Notes under the pieces: model-generated
The model's input: the letters and a program-made list of their open reading frames with translations, nothing else
Databases searched by the model: none
Told to the model about the DNA's origin: nothing
Part shown: positions 17,463-26,650 of the stretch, piece by piece
Position numbering within the stretch: the first letter of the stretch is position 1
How the letters are laid out: each line of letters begins with the position of its first letter
Position numbers and translations under genes: made by a program
DNA from: Candidatus Iainarchaeum sp.
Lineage (GTDB): Archaea > Iainarchaeota > Iainarchaeia > Iainarchaeales > GCA-2688035
Length of the DNA: 40,241 bases
Assembly: GCA_016932355.1 (NCBI GenBank)
Contig: JAFGDB010000062.1
Span: 1 to 40,241, forward strand
Direction: 5' to 3'

Positions 17463-18368
17463 ATGAGCAAAAAGATTTCTGGGTGCTTCCCTGCACTGGT
17501 AACGCCCATGAAGCAGGACGGAAACAGGCTGAACCACGCAATTGACTTTGAAGGGCTGAAGCAGCTCATTGATTACGTGGCAAATGGTAGAGTAACAGGA
17601 ATTGTCGCAGGCGGGTGCACAGGGCACGCAGCCTCATTGACGCATGATGAGCAGGTAAGGCTTGTTGAAAAGGCAATGGAGGCAGCAGGAAGCACTGAGG
17701 TCATTGCAGGCGATGGAAGCAACTGCACAAGGGAAGCCATTGACCTTGCAAGGGAAATGCAGGATTTGGGAATCAAGAGGCATTTGCAGATTTCACCCTA
17801 CCAGAACAAGCCAACACAGGAGGGGCTTTACCAGCACTATGCTGCAATTGCAAAGGCAATTGACACTGAAATAATTGTCTACAATGTTCCGGGAAGGACA
17901 GGCCGGAATGTTGAGCCTGAAACAGTTTTAAGGCTTGCAACGGAATTCAGCAATGTGGTTGCAGTAAAGGAGGCATCAGGAAACCTGGAGCAGATAAAAA
18001 AAGTGATTGAGGTGGCCAGGGATTTGGAGTTTGATGTAATAAGCGGCGATGATAGCTTAACGCTTGAAATAATAAAGGCAGGCGGAACAGGCTGCATTTC
18101 AGTTGCAGCAAATGTTGCCCCAAAGCAGACAACTGAAATGATTTCACTTGCCCTGCAGGGAAAGATTGAACAGGCAAAAAGGATTGATGAAAGCCTGGGG
18201 GAACTGTACAGGGTTTTGTTCATTGAAACAAACCCAGGGCCTGCACACTATGCCCTGAGAAAGCTTGGAATAAAGGCAGGCATTCCTCGCTTGCCTTTGG
18301 TGGATGTAACCCGGGAATCAGCCAAGCAGATTGATTCAGCCCTAAAAGGCCTTGGCCTGGTTAAATAA
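17463..18368 (+). CDS. dapA: 4-hydroxy-tetrahydrodipicolinate synthase
   Basis: 301 aa. IVYNVPGRTG and VAVKEASG (Schiff-base Lys) are DapA motifs. Confidence 0.9.
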   Translation: MSKKISGCFPALVTPMKQDGNRLNHAIDFEGLKQLIDYVANGRVTGIVAGGCTGHAASLTHDEQVRLVEKAMEAAGSTEVIAGDGSNCTREAIDLAREMQDLGIKRHLQISPYQNKPTQEGLYQHYAAIAKAIDTEIIVYNVPGRTGRNVEPETVLRLATEFSNVVAVKEASGNLEQIKKVIEVARDLEFDVISGDDSLTLEIIKAGGTGCISVAANVAPKQTTEMISLALQGKIEQAKRIDESLGELYRVLFIETNPGPAHYALRKLGIKAGIPRLPLVDVTRESAKQIDSALKGLGLVK

Positions 18369-18446
18369 GCAGAACAGCACAGGAGCGGCTCAGCAGGGCA
18401 TTAGCCGGATTAGATGAATGGCTTGTGCTGCACAAACCTAGCCTGA

Positions 18447-18875
18447 TTAAAAAGGCAGCCCGCCCCTTGCATTCTCTTTTGGCTTGAAGGAACCAGGATT
18501 GAACAAGCAATCAAGGATGAACTTGGACCATTTTTTTGCAAGCTGCTGCTTTTCCAGGGAGAGCTGCATTTCATTCAAGCCCTCAACATCAGATTCCTCT
18601 ATTGCTTTTACAATCTTTGCCTTTGAATTCATTTCCAGGTCAATGAGCTTGCTGAGCAAAGCCTCAATCTTGAAGTCCTTTTCCGCATACAAAACAAAAA
18701 CAAAAACAAGGTCTGCCTCATTCACAACCTTGGAAACGGCTGCAGGCACATCCTCTGGAAAGGGCACAAAAACTGGCTGGCAGCGCAGGCCAGCAACCTG
18801 CTTTTCAAGCAGGCCTGCCAGCTCAGGGAAGAAATTTATGCCTGTTTTGCTGTCCGAAACAAGGAACACTTTCAT
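18447..18875 (-). CDS. hypothetical protein with weak resemblance to the lumazine-synthase/archaeal riboflavin-synthase fold
   Basis: 142-aa ORF. The resemblance is loose (FPEDVPAAVSKV..., C-terminal LFNPGSFKP), so it is not a confident assignment. Confidence 0.4.
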   Translation of the reverse strand: MKVFLVSDSKTGINFFPELAGLLEKQVAGLRCQPVFVPFPEDVPAAVSKVVNEADLVFVFVLYAEKDFKIEALLSKLIDLEMNSKAKIVKAIEESDVEGLNEMQLSLEKQQLAKKWSKFILDCLFNPGSFKPKENARGGLPF

Positions 18876-18979
18876 ACCAACCTATTTGTTGCAATGTCCT
18901 TTTATAATTTTTAGTCCCCTAAAAGCTGCCAATGCAAAACCTATTTAAATAAGGTCCAAGTTATCTATAATGAACCTAT

Positions 18980-20518
18980 ATGTATGGGCCTGACAAGTTT
19001 GATGAGCCGCATTACAGCGATGAGGAAATAGATTTGGGCGGGGAAGGCTTTGGAAGCCAGGTTGCCGAAATGCTCGGCCCTGCAAAGCAGTACCTGCCGC
19101 ACATAATTGTAGCAGTTGTTGCCATAGTTGCAGGCCTCCTTTTGTACGACTACTTTATTGGCTCTTATGGAAGCGTTACAATAACGCTGAGGGACACTGA
19201 AGGGGAATACCTTGATGACACCAGCCTGAAGCTTTTTGCAGAGGGAAGCGCGCAGCCTTTGTTCAGTGAAAGCGGAAGCAGCACTTACACAATCTCCCTA
19301 AAGCCTGGCAGGTACAGGTATGAGGCAACCTCGCCAGGCTATGCAGTGAAAAGGTCAAGCGTTGAAATCGCAAAGGGCGAGACAACAAGCGAAATTGAAC
19401 TTGAAAAGGACATTGAGGTTGAAATAACCGGATTTGGAAGCGTTTTTCCTGAAAGGCTCTACGCAGGGCAAAGCATTGAACTGGAAATAAGGCTGGAAAA
19501 CAAGAGGGGCGAGACCGCCTCGGTGCAGATAGTGCCGGAGCAGAATTTGGAGGATTATGCAAGCGAAACCCAGGCCGTTCAGGTCCCTGGCTCTGGAACG
19601 GCAGCAGCCACCCTTACTGTAAGCGTTCCAGCCTCAGCAAGCATAGATGACCAAACAGAGGGCGACCTGAAAAAGGCAGCTGTTAGAATCAAGTACACAA
19701 ATGAAAGGGCTTCATCTGAATTCACGCTCTACCCAAACCCAAAGGAAAAGATAACATTAAGCAGCCCGAGCTTCAGCGTAAAAGCAATTGGAGGAAAAAA
19801 CAAGCAGAGCAGGGACATCAGGATAACAAACAGCAACAGGTTCCCAATTGAAAACCTGGAGCTAAGCATTGAAATAACCAGCAGCACGGAAAACAGCAAG
19901 GAAGAGGCAAAGGAATGGTTCCAGTTCACAGAGGTTGCAGACCAGCCAGAGCCCTGGAAGCTGGACATTGAAAGCATTGGGGCTGGAAAAAGCGTTGAAA
20001 AGGAATTGCAAGTAATTGTCCCGCTTACGGCAGAGGACGAGCTTGGGATAAAGGGCAACATTGTGCTGGATGCAGGCTACTTCACCCAGCCGAAGAAAGA
20101 GCCCTTAACCCTTGACATAACCGAAAAGGCAAGCTATGAAATAGAGCTCAGCCTGAGCCCAAGGCAGCCTTACAGCATTGAATGGGACAGTGCAATAGGG
20201 GGGTATGAGGAGAAAATTGTTTCCCTCAATTTAAAGAACTCAGGCCAGATTGAATTGGAGAACATTGTTGTTTCTGTTGAAAATGATGAAACATGCAGCA
20301 CGAGCTGGCTTGTCTTCCTTGAAAACTCTTTGGACAGCCTGGCTATTGGCCAGACAAGGGAGCTGAAGGTGAGAATAACTGCGCCATTGTTCCAGAGGGG
20401 CAATGAAAGCCCAATCCACTGCGATTTGCACTACAGGTATGACAACCCCTTAGAGCTCGGCAGCTATGTAGAGGACACCATAATTGCGTTCATTGAAATC
20501 GAGCCAGAAGCAGATTAA
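18980..20518 (+). CDS. membrane-anchored surface protein with a single N-terminal TM and a beta-rich ectodomain
   Basis: 512 aa. A TM segment (IIVAVVAIVAGLLLYDYFIG) follows an acidic cytoplasmic head, and repeated beta-sandwich-like segments come after. A TATA-like tatttaaata sits about 30 nt upstream of the ATG, suggesting a leaderless transcript. Confidence 0.5.
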   Translation: MYGPDKFDEPHYSDEEIDLGGEGFGSQVAEMLGPAKQYLPHIIVAVVAIVAGLLLYDYFIGSYGSVTITLRDTEGEYLDDTSLKLFAEGSAQPLFSESGSSTYTISLKPGRYRYEATSPGYAVKRSSVEIAKGETTSEIELEKDIEVEITGFGSVFPERLYAGQSIELEIRLENKRGETASVQIVPEQNLEDYASETQAVQVPGSGTAAATLTVSVPASASIDDQTEGDLKKAAVRIKYTNERASSEFTLYPNPKEKITLSSPSFSVKAIGGKNKQSRDIRITNSNRFPIENLELSIEITSSTENSKEEAKEWFQFTEVADQPEPWKLDIESIGAGKSVEKELQVIVPLTAEDELGIKGNIVLDAGYFTQPKKEPLTLDITEKASYEIELSLSPRQPYSIEWDSAIGGYEEKIVSLNLKNSGQIELENIVVSVENDETCSTSWLVFLENSLDSLAIGQTRELKVRITAPLFQRGNESPIHCDLHYRYDNPLELGSYVEDTIIAFIEIEPEAD

Positions 20519-20564
20519 AGCAGGCTCTGCTTCCCAAAGCAGTTATTTGAGCAATCTCCCCAGG

Positions 20565-20969
20565 TTAAAGGCTCTTGCCTATGAGTTCTTTCAGGCTCTT
20601 TGGGGCATCCACCCCTTTTGCCATAAACTCTTCCTTTGAAAACCACTTCATCTGGGCAATGCGCTCGTTCTCCTTGTGCGGCAAAACAGGCTTTTGTGTT
20701 CCGGCATCGCACCTGAAAACCGTGTTCACAACCATTGCGCCATCGCTCAAGCGCATAAAATAGTATACGCCAACAGCCTCCAGGGCTTCAACTTTGAGCC
20801 CTGCTTCCTCCCAGGCTTCCCTTTTCAGGGCTTCAATGGGGTCTTCACCGTGCTCAACCTTGCCGCCAGGCAAATCCCAGATTTTTTTCCTTCCAACCTC
20901 TAGCTCAAGGGCAAGGAACCTGCCTTCCCTTACAATAAGGGCCTTTATTGCAGCAAATACATCAGGCAT
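20565..20969 (-). CDS. NUDIX hydrolase
   Basis: The Nudix box GGKVEHGEDPIEALKREAWEEAGL is present. Confidence 0.8.
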   Translation of the reverse strand: MPDVFAAIKALIVREGRFLALELEVGRKKIWDLPGGKVEHGEDPIEALKREAWEEAGLKVEALEAVGVYYFMRLSDGAMVVNTVFRCDAGTQKPVLPHKENERIAQMKWFSKEEFMAKGVDAPKSLKELIGKSL

Positions 20970-21079
20970 ATCAGAAATAACACTACATGGGAAAATTTAA
21001 AAAGGAAAAGGAAAGCCCCTGTTTGCAAAAGAATTTTATATGAAAAGGGCATATATTAAAGGGTTAAGAGGACTTTAAA

Positions 21080-22561
21080 ATGCGCAAAATTCTGCTATTG
21101 GTGGCAATTGCACTCATGCTGCCTGCAGCATTTGGGCAGGAAAACAGTACAGAGCTTACAATTGACCACATACACACAGCCGCCATCCCAAATGCATACT
21201 TTGACTTCAGCTTTACAGTTGGAAACATGGCAGGGCCTGCCTGCGACTCAAAGGTTGAATACTGGCTTGGAACAGAGGAAAGCAGGCTTGTGGAGGGAAC
21301 AGACACCCTTTTTTTGGGCGAGGGAACCAAAAAAACGATTGAAACATTCCTCCTTGTTCCGGCAAGCGCAAAAGGCGTAACAACATTCTACCTGCAAATG
21401 CAGTGCAACGGCTCAACAGCGCTTGCAAGCAGGACAATAAGGGTAGAGCAGCCAACAGACACAACCCCAAAGATAATTGAATTGAAGGTGCTGAAAAACA
21501 CCGAGGACAAGGAGTTCGACTTTGGCTACACCCTAAAATCATACCAGGATGAGGCACAGCCGGCAAGGGTTGAAGAGGTTATAACCAGCGAGGACAAGGC
21601 AGTATGGAAAAGCGAGCAGTTTATAAGCCTTGCAGGAACAGAGGAGTTTGCAAGGCAGGGGCCTCTGCTTCCGCCAGGGGCATATACCCTGACAGTGCTT
21701 GTAACAAGAGACAGCCAGACCTCAGCCTCAACAACAGCCTTTGAAATTGAAGGAAGCGGCTTTTCAGGAAACCTCAGCCTTTCAGGAATTCTTTCAATCA
21801 TTGCAATTGGGATGTTTTCAATTATTGCCTCTGTGCTGATATTTGAATCATGCGGCTACAGGCTGATAAGAAAGCAGGACAGCGAAGCAGGAAGCTTTTC
21901 ATTGGGAACAAAGCCGCCTGCAGCCCCTGCGCCAGGATTATGCAAAACCGAGGAAATTCCAGAGCCAGAGAAAAACTATGTTGGCCTTTCCGAATCAGAG
22001 TCAAGCGGCATGCTTGAAAAGGAGGAAATTGAAAAGCTTTTGGATGACGCAGGCTTCTCCAAGGGGGAAAAGCTTGTTGGCATGGAATTTGCCCACGCCG
22101 TTCCAGTAAGCCAAAGCGTTAAAAGCTGCATTTTCATTGACAAGTTTGACAAGGCAAACTGCGAAACAACAATTACAGTCAACATTGAAAACGAAACAAG
22201 CAACGACTGGTGCGATGTAAATGTTTTGGGCAAAATCCCGAAATTTTTGTCAGAGAACGTTTCAGAGGTTTCAGCTGACAGTGATTTGGAGGTAACAAAA
22301 GAGGGCTCAATCATCAAGTTTGTGATTCCCAAGATTGCTGCAAGCGAAACAGCGAGCATTTCATACACAATACCAAAGTGGGTTACGCAGGAAAAGGCAA
22401 AAAAGGTTCCGCTGCCTGCAGTTGTGCACTTCACAAACGTTAAGCCCTTGAAGGTCAAAAGGGGGGAAGGCAAAAAGCTGGAAAAAAGGGAAATTGCAGA
22501 AAAGCAAAAAGTGCACAAAAGCAAAGGCAGGAAAAAGCAGGGGAAAATCCAGGCTGATTGA
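21080..22561 (+). CDS. secreted/membrane-anchored hypothetical protein
   Basis: It has a signal peptide (MRKILLLVAIALMLPAAFGQ), a central TM (ILSIIAIGMFSIIASVLIF) and a lysine-rich C-terminal tail. Confidence 0.55.
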   Translation: MRKILLLVAIALMLPAAFGQENSTELTIDHIHTAAIPNAYFDFSFTVGNMAGPACDSKVEYWLGTEESRLVEGTDTLFLGEGTKKTIETFLLVPASAKGVTTFYLQMQCNGSTALASRTIRVEQPTDTTPKIIELKVLKNTEDKEFDFGYTLKSYQDEAQPARVEEVITSEDKAVWKSEQFISLAGTEEFARQGPLLPPGAYTLTVLVTRDSQTSASTTAFEIEGSGFSGNLSLSGILSIIAIGMFSIIASVLIFESCGYRLIRKQDSEAGSFSLGTKPPAAPAPGLCKTEEIPEPEKNYVGLSESESSGMLEKEEIEKLLDDAGFSKGEKLVGMEFAHAVPVSQSVKSCIFIDKFDKANCETTITVNIENETSNDWCDVNVLGKIPKFLSENVSEVSADSDLEVTKEGSIIKFVIPKIAASETASISYTIPKWVTQEKAKKVPLPAVVHFTNVKPLKVKRGEGKKLEKREIAEKQKVHKSKGRKKQGKIQAD

Positions 22562-22609
22562 ACAGCCCCAAAAAGGCAAAAGCTAATTGAATTCTGTAAA
22601 ATCCAAAAA

Positions 22610-22625
22610 AGCCCCGGGAGGGATT
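22610..22625. repeat. distal att-like repeat agccccgggagggatt
   Basis: 15 of 16 nt are identical to 31052-31067, which is the 3-prime end of tRNA-Thr read on the + strand. Confidence 0.6.
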
Positions 22626-22773
22626 ACCGCTCCAAATCAGAAGCCCGCCTGCATTGGCCGGCTGAAATTTTTATACAGAAACTATATAATGCGAGGGAGT
22701 TAATTAATTTATCGTCTGACATTCGTTTAACAAATAGGCTTAAATTTGTTTTAATAGATTAAATTTAGGTTGG

Positions 22774-24573
22774 ATGACTCGTTGTACACGTTGTGGAGAG
22801 AAGATAAAAGACCTGCCATTTCACTGTCACTATTGTAATTGCTTTTTTTGCAAGGAACATAGACTGCCAGAAAACCATAACTGCGATGCACATAGAGAGT
22901 ATAGTGAAGTTCGGCGAAGACGTTTTATTGAAATAGTTAAAAGTTATGTTACCTCTTTCATGCCAGTTGAAGAAAGTTTAAAAGGGGAGTCAGGAGCAAA
23001 AGTTAAGGGGGTTCCGCATACTGTATTTGAGAATGGCGAACTTAAAACAAAGACTAAAGTGAAAACTGTAGGCGAGCGAGCTCCCAAAAGCAGTAATTCT
23101 TACAAAAGTAAGCCTGCCATAAAATTCCGTTTCAATAAATTTAGGCTAAACAAGTCGATTGTTAAGTTTCTTGTTTTAGGGGGCGTTTTGTTTTCTATAA
23201 TTCTGTTGGTTACATATTTTCTTAATGTAAATTCTGTGGTCAGATTGGAGAATGTTAGGGCCAATGCTTACAAGTTAGCTAGTTCTAGCCCTCTAAAATT
23301 AGCGGTGAGAATAGATTACGAACTAGTTGATAATGCTACGGCAGTATACTTACAAACAGGCATTGAGCGAAAAACAAAAGAGTTGAAATGTAAATCTGCA
23401 GGCAAGTGTTCTGAAAGGATAAGTTTGCCAATCTCCGGTTTTTCATTAGTAGATGAGAACGCAGCGGAACCCACTTATGTTACCGAAAAACAAAAATACC
23501 TTCTTTGCGCGGAGTTTGAGAATCCCCTTATATTAAAGCAATGCAAGCAAATCATCTTGGAACCCTTTAATTTTAAAACTTCAGCAGCGGTTTCTATCGA
23601 TGCAAAAAACTTTACGTGTCCACAGGATTATCGTGAAGAAGGTGGTTTATGTTTAAAAATAAAACGTTGTGAAGATGGGACGGAATATGGGAAATGTAGT
23701 AATGAAAAACCCATATATTGCGAGGATGGTAACTTAGTTTCAAAAGCTAGTGTTTGTGGTTGTGGGGTCGATGAAGAAGTCGAAGAGGAAGAATGTGTTT
23801 CGATTTTTTTGAACGGGTCTGAAGAAAAAGAATTTGAGTATGTATTGCGTGGCGAAAGAGGAAAAATTTTGTTTACAACATACAAAGGATTGAATGACTA
23901 TTTAGCTGGTCAGCCAAGAACATACTATTGTGATCCTACTTGCCCCTCTGACACCGATATAGAGCTAAAATATCTTTCGGAGGAGCACCAAACGAAGGAG
24001 TTGAATAAACTTGTTCAGCTAATGCGTGAGGAAGCAGATAGTAAGGATGACCAAGCAAGAGTTGCTATAAGTTTAGTCCAGAAGATACCTTATGATTGGA
24101 TTGGTTTTGAAACAGGATTTTTATCTGGGAGATACCCTTATGAAGTTCTGTATGATAAAGCAGGGGTTTGTGGCGAAAAATCAAAACTCTTGGCCTACCT
24201 ATTAAAATCGCTTGGGTATGGCGTGGTGCTTTTTCAATATGATGAGGAATCCCATCAAGCAGTGGGGGTAAAATGCCCCCTCGAATATAGCTTAAATCAG
24301 GGGGGTTATTGTTTTATTGAAACCGCCAGGCCAGATATTCCAACTAATTATAGTGGTGATTATGTGGGGGTAGGAAAATTGCCCGCAGTGCCATCAGAAA
24401 CAATAAAAGTTAGTGATGGCAGTTCATTTGATAGCATTGGAGAGGAATATAATGATGCATTAGAGTGGAATAGAATTGATGCAATTGCTGAGAAATCGGG
24501 TAACGTTTTGCTCCCGGTTTATTATAATTCTTGGAATAGGCTGGTGTACAAATACGGGATTGAATTTGATTGA
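22774..24573 (+). CDS. AN1-type zinc finger / TM / Cys-rich ectodomain / transglutaminase-like core protein
   Basis: The N-terminal CTRCGEKIKDLPFHCHYCNCFFCKEHRLPENHNC fits the AN1 pattern C-X2-C-X10-C-X2-C-X4-C-X2-H-X5-H-X-C exactly. A TM follows (FLVLGGVLFSIILLVTYFL). The C-terminal GVCGEKSKLLAYLL...SHQAVGV...CFIETA resembles a Cys-His-acid transglutaminase-like core. Confidence 0.55.
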   Translation: MTRCTRCGEKIKDLPFHCHYCNCFFCKEHRLPENHNCDAHREYSEVRRRRFIEIVKSYVTSFMPVEESLKGESGAKVKGVPHTVFENGELKTKTKVKTVGERAPKSSNSYKSKPAIKFRFNKFRLNKSIVKFLVLGGVLFSIILLVTYFLNVNSVVRLENVRANAYKLASSSPLKLAVRIDYELVDNATAVYLQTGIERKTKELKCKSAGKCSERISLPISGFSLVDENAAEPTYVTEKQKYLLCAEFENPLILKQCKQIILEPFNFKTSAAVSIDAKNFTCPQDYREEGGLCLKIKRCEDGTEYGKCSNEKPIYCEDGNLVSKASVCGCGVDEEVEEEECVSIFLNGSEEKEFEYVLRGERGKILFTTYKGLNDYLAGQPRTYYCDPTCPSDTDIELKYLSEEHQTKELNKLVQLMREEADSKDDQARVAISLVQKIPYDWIGFETGFLSGRYPYEVLYDKAGVCGEKSKLLAYLLKSLGYGVVLFQYDEESHQAVGVKCPLEYSLNQGGYCFIETARPDIPTNYSGDYVGVGKLPAVPSETIKVSDGSSFDSIGEEYNDALEWNRIDAIAEKSGNVLLPVYYNSWNRLVYKYGIEFD

Positions 24574-24577
24574 AAAT

Positions 24578-25069
24578 TCAATTTTTTTTGTGATGATGAT
24601 AAACTGTAGCAGCCCCAATTATTCCTATTAAGATAGAACCAATTCCAATTGAAAATCCCGCTTGAGCCACTTGCGATGCAAATTCTTGCACTGCTAAGAA
24701 ATTTAGGAATACAAAAACAAGCGATAAAATGCCTGCAATGGCTTCTGGGGTCCTGCCTAATGCGTTTATTCCTCTGAGGAAATAAAGAACAACGGACACA
24801 AAATAAGTTATGATTAAAGCAAAAAATACCAGCAGAGATATTTTGTATTCACCAGAGTTTAAGTTAACAGCAATCATACCCCCTGTATTGTTTTGCTCTT
24901 TTTCGTTTTCTTCAACACTTATATAAATACCTTTGATGAGTTGATAAGGGGTAAGACTGTTTTCAGAGAAATCAAATAAGTTTTGAGAAACAATTGGAAG
25001 AAACATCGAAAATAGTAAAAGGAAAAAAGCGAATAAACCGCCCCCATTGACTCTGAAGTAGTATTTCAT
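24578..25069 (-). CDS. polytopic membrane protein (about 4 TM)
   Basis: 163 aa with four long hydrophobic segments. It is the last gene of the minus-strand island operon. Confidence 0.5.
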   Translation of the reverse strand: MKYYFRVNGGGLFAFFLLLFSMFLPIVSQNLFDFSENSLTPYQLIKGIYISVEENEKEQNNTGGMIAVNLNSGEYKISLLVFFALIITYFVSVVLYFLRGINALGRTPEAIAGILSLVFVFLNFLAVQEFASQVAQAGFSIGIGSILIGIIGAATVYHHHKKN

Positions 25070-25106
25070 AATAATATCCTGTACTTGAAAGAATATTTTA
25101 ATCTAT

Positions 25107-26342
25107 TCAAATCCCTCTTTTCCCAAGTATTTTGTCTATCTCTATTGGTGTGTATTTGATTAATTCCACGCTCACATTAATTGTCTTGTTCTCTGAATTT
25201 ATTAAAGGAAACTCTGTCGGATGGTTGTTATGGTGGTGTCCGTGTATTATCCATCCCTTCCAGCCCTTAGGTTTTAGTGCTGGATCATGCGTTAAAATAA
25301 ATTCTTCGTCCTTGTATTTCAAGAAAACGTTTTTGTCTTTTGAATAAAATGTTTTCAACTTAATGTCTTCGTGATTTCCTTCGATGAAAACAATTTTTCC
25401 GTTTAGTTTTTTCAGCCAGTATTCTGCGCTGTGGCTTCCTTTTCCAAAAGCCATGTCGCCTAAAAAGTAGACAGTGTCTTGGTTTCTCACTGTGTTGTTC
25501 CAGTTGCTTACAAGTATGTCGTTCATTTCTTTAACGTTTTTGAATGGCCTCTTTGTGTATTTTATGATGTTTGTGTGGTCTAAATGCAGGTCGCTTATTA
25601 GGAATATTTTCTTGCTAGTAGATGGCGTTTCTGCCAAGTGAATCTCCAATCTTTTCCCGCCGTTTGCTTTTATTTCTTTCAAGGCGCTTATTGTTTTTTG
25701 CATGCTTCTTCTGCTTAAGGCTTCATACCTGTGAAGCATCTCTCTTTGGATGAAATCATATTCTCTCAATATTTTGCCTTTCTTCAACAAGGTGGCTCTT
25801 AAGAGGCACTGGTCTATGTTGGGAATCTCAAGGCTTGAAACATAGCGCCAAATCTCGTCAAATTTTTCTTCAATGTCTCCATGGGCGATTGTAGTATGGA
25901 AGATAAAATCTAATTCAGGCATATCCCAAGGCTGCGCTTTGCAAGTAGTGTTCAATTCTTTTGCCAACTCACTTCGGAGTCCAATCAATTCTGTAGACGG
26001 CTTGACATTCAAATAGATAACATGTTTGTCTATGTGATCAAACCCGTTGAGCTTAAACTTAACTAAGTCAAATCTCTTGCAGATGCTTACAAACTTTTTT
26101 ATCATCTCATTTTCATCGGCTGTTGAAAAGCCACCATACAAGCTGATGTGCAGCGGCTTTCCTTTGCGTATCACTTGCTTTACTTGGAACTTGCGAGAAA
26201 TGTTTTTGGAAAGCTCTTTCGCATATCTTTTGGCATAGCCATGAAACCTAAATTCAATCAGGTAGTTTGCACACTTCTTTTTTGATTTAAGTCGTTTCTC
26301 TTTTTGTTTAAGCAAAGAACTCAATTTTTTTAATGTTATCAC
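25107..26342 (-). CDS. fusion of a 2H phosphoesterase (LigT/CPDase-like) and a calcineurin-like metallophosphoesterase
   Basis: The N-terminal half has two H-x-S/T motifs (PLHISLYG and FHTTIAHG). The C-terminal half has ISDLHLDH, FLGDMAFG, IEGNHED, LTHDP and IHGHHH. The GTG start overlaps the upstream stop (GTGA). Confidence 0.65.
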   Translation of the reverse strand: MITLKKLSSLLKQKEKRLKSKKKCANYLIEFRFHGYAKRYAKELSKNISRKFQVKQVIRKGKPLHISLYGGFSTADENEMIKKFVSICKRFDLVKFKLNGFDHIDKHVIYLNVKPSTELIGLRSELAKELNTTCKAQPWDMPELDFIFHTTIAHGDIEEKFDEIWRYVSSLEIPNIDQCLLRATLLKKGKILREYDFIQREMLHRYEALSRRSMQKTISALKEIKANGGKRLEIHLAETPSTSKKIFLISDLHLDHTNIIKYTKRPFKNVKEMNDILVSNWNNTVRNQDTVYFLGDMAFGKGSHSAEYWLKKLNGKIVFIEGNHEDIKLKTFYSKDKNVFLKYKDEEFILTHDPALKPKGWKGWIIHGHHHNNHPTEFPLINSENKTINVSVELIKYTPIEIDKILGKRGI

Positions 26343-26650
26343 CGAAACCGCTTCCTTCGTCTATGTTTTCTCTTCCTTTTTTTCTTAACTGGCACATACT
26401 CCCCATAAAAGATTGGGGCAAATTCATCTCTCCAAGCTTCATAACCACTGTAGATCCACAACCAGAATTTAACAGGCTTCCCACCCACATATGGTTTTAT
26501 GTCAGCTCGGCTGCAGGTTCTATTCTCATATTTTTTATAGCAAGGTATAGGGCCATCAAATCCAACGCAACCAAATAAGTCAACAATCTTTGTACTTCCT
26601 TTCTTCCCAAATAAATGTTTAATCCAATCCAGAGGAGTCAATTTAATCAC
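26339..26650 (-). CDS. hypothetical small protein with a highly basic C-terminal tail (KKKRKRKHRRRKRFR)
   Basis: 103-aa ORF that overlaps both neighbours, consistent with an operon. Confidence 0.45.
   Translation of the reverse strand: MIKLTPLDWIKHLFGKKGSTKIVDLFGCVGFDGPIPCYKKYENRTCSRADIKPYVGGKPVKFWLWIYSGYEAWRDEFAPIFYGEYVPVKKKRKRKHRRRKRFR

Noticed and set aside
21976-22524. 182-aa ORF antisense to the 493-aa secreted protein, and similarly 31340..31882 antisense to a pilin-like gene
   Set aside because: The sense-strand genes have signal-peptide or pilin N-termini and sensible operon spacing. The antisense frames lack any start signal.
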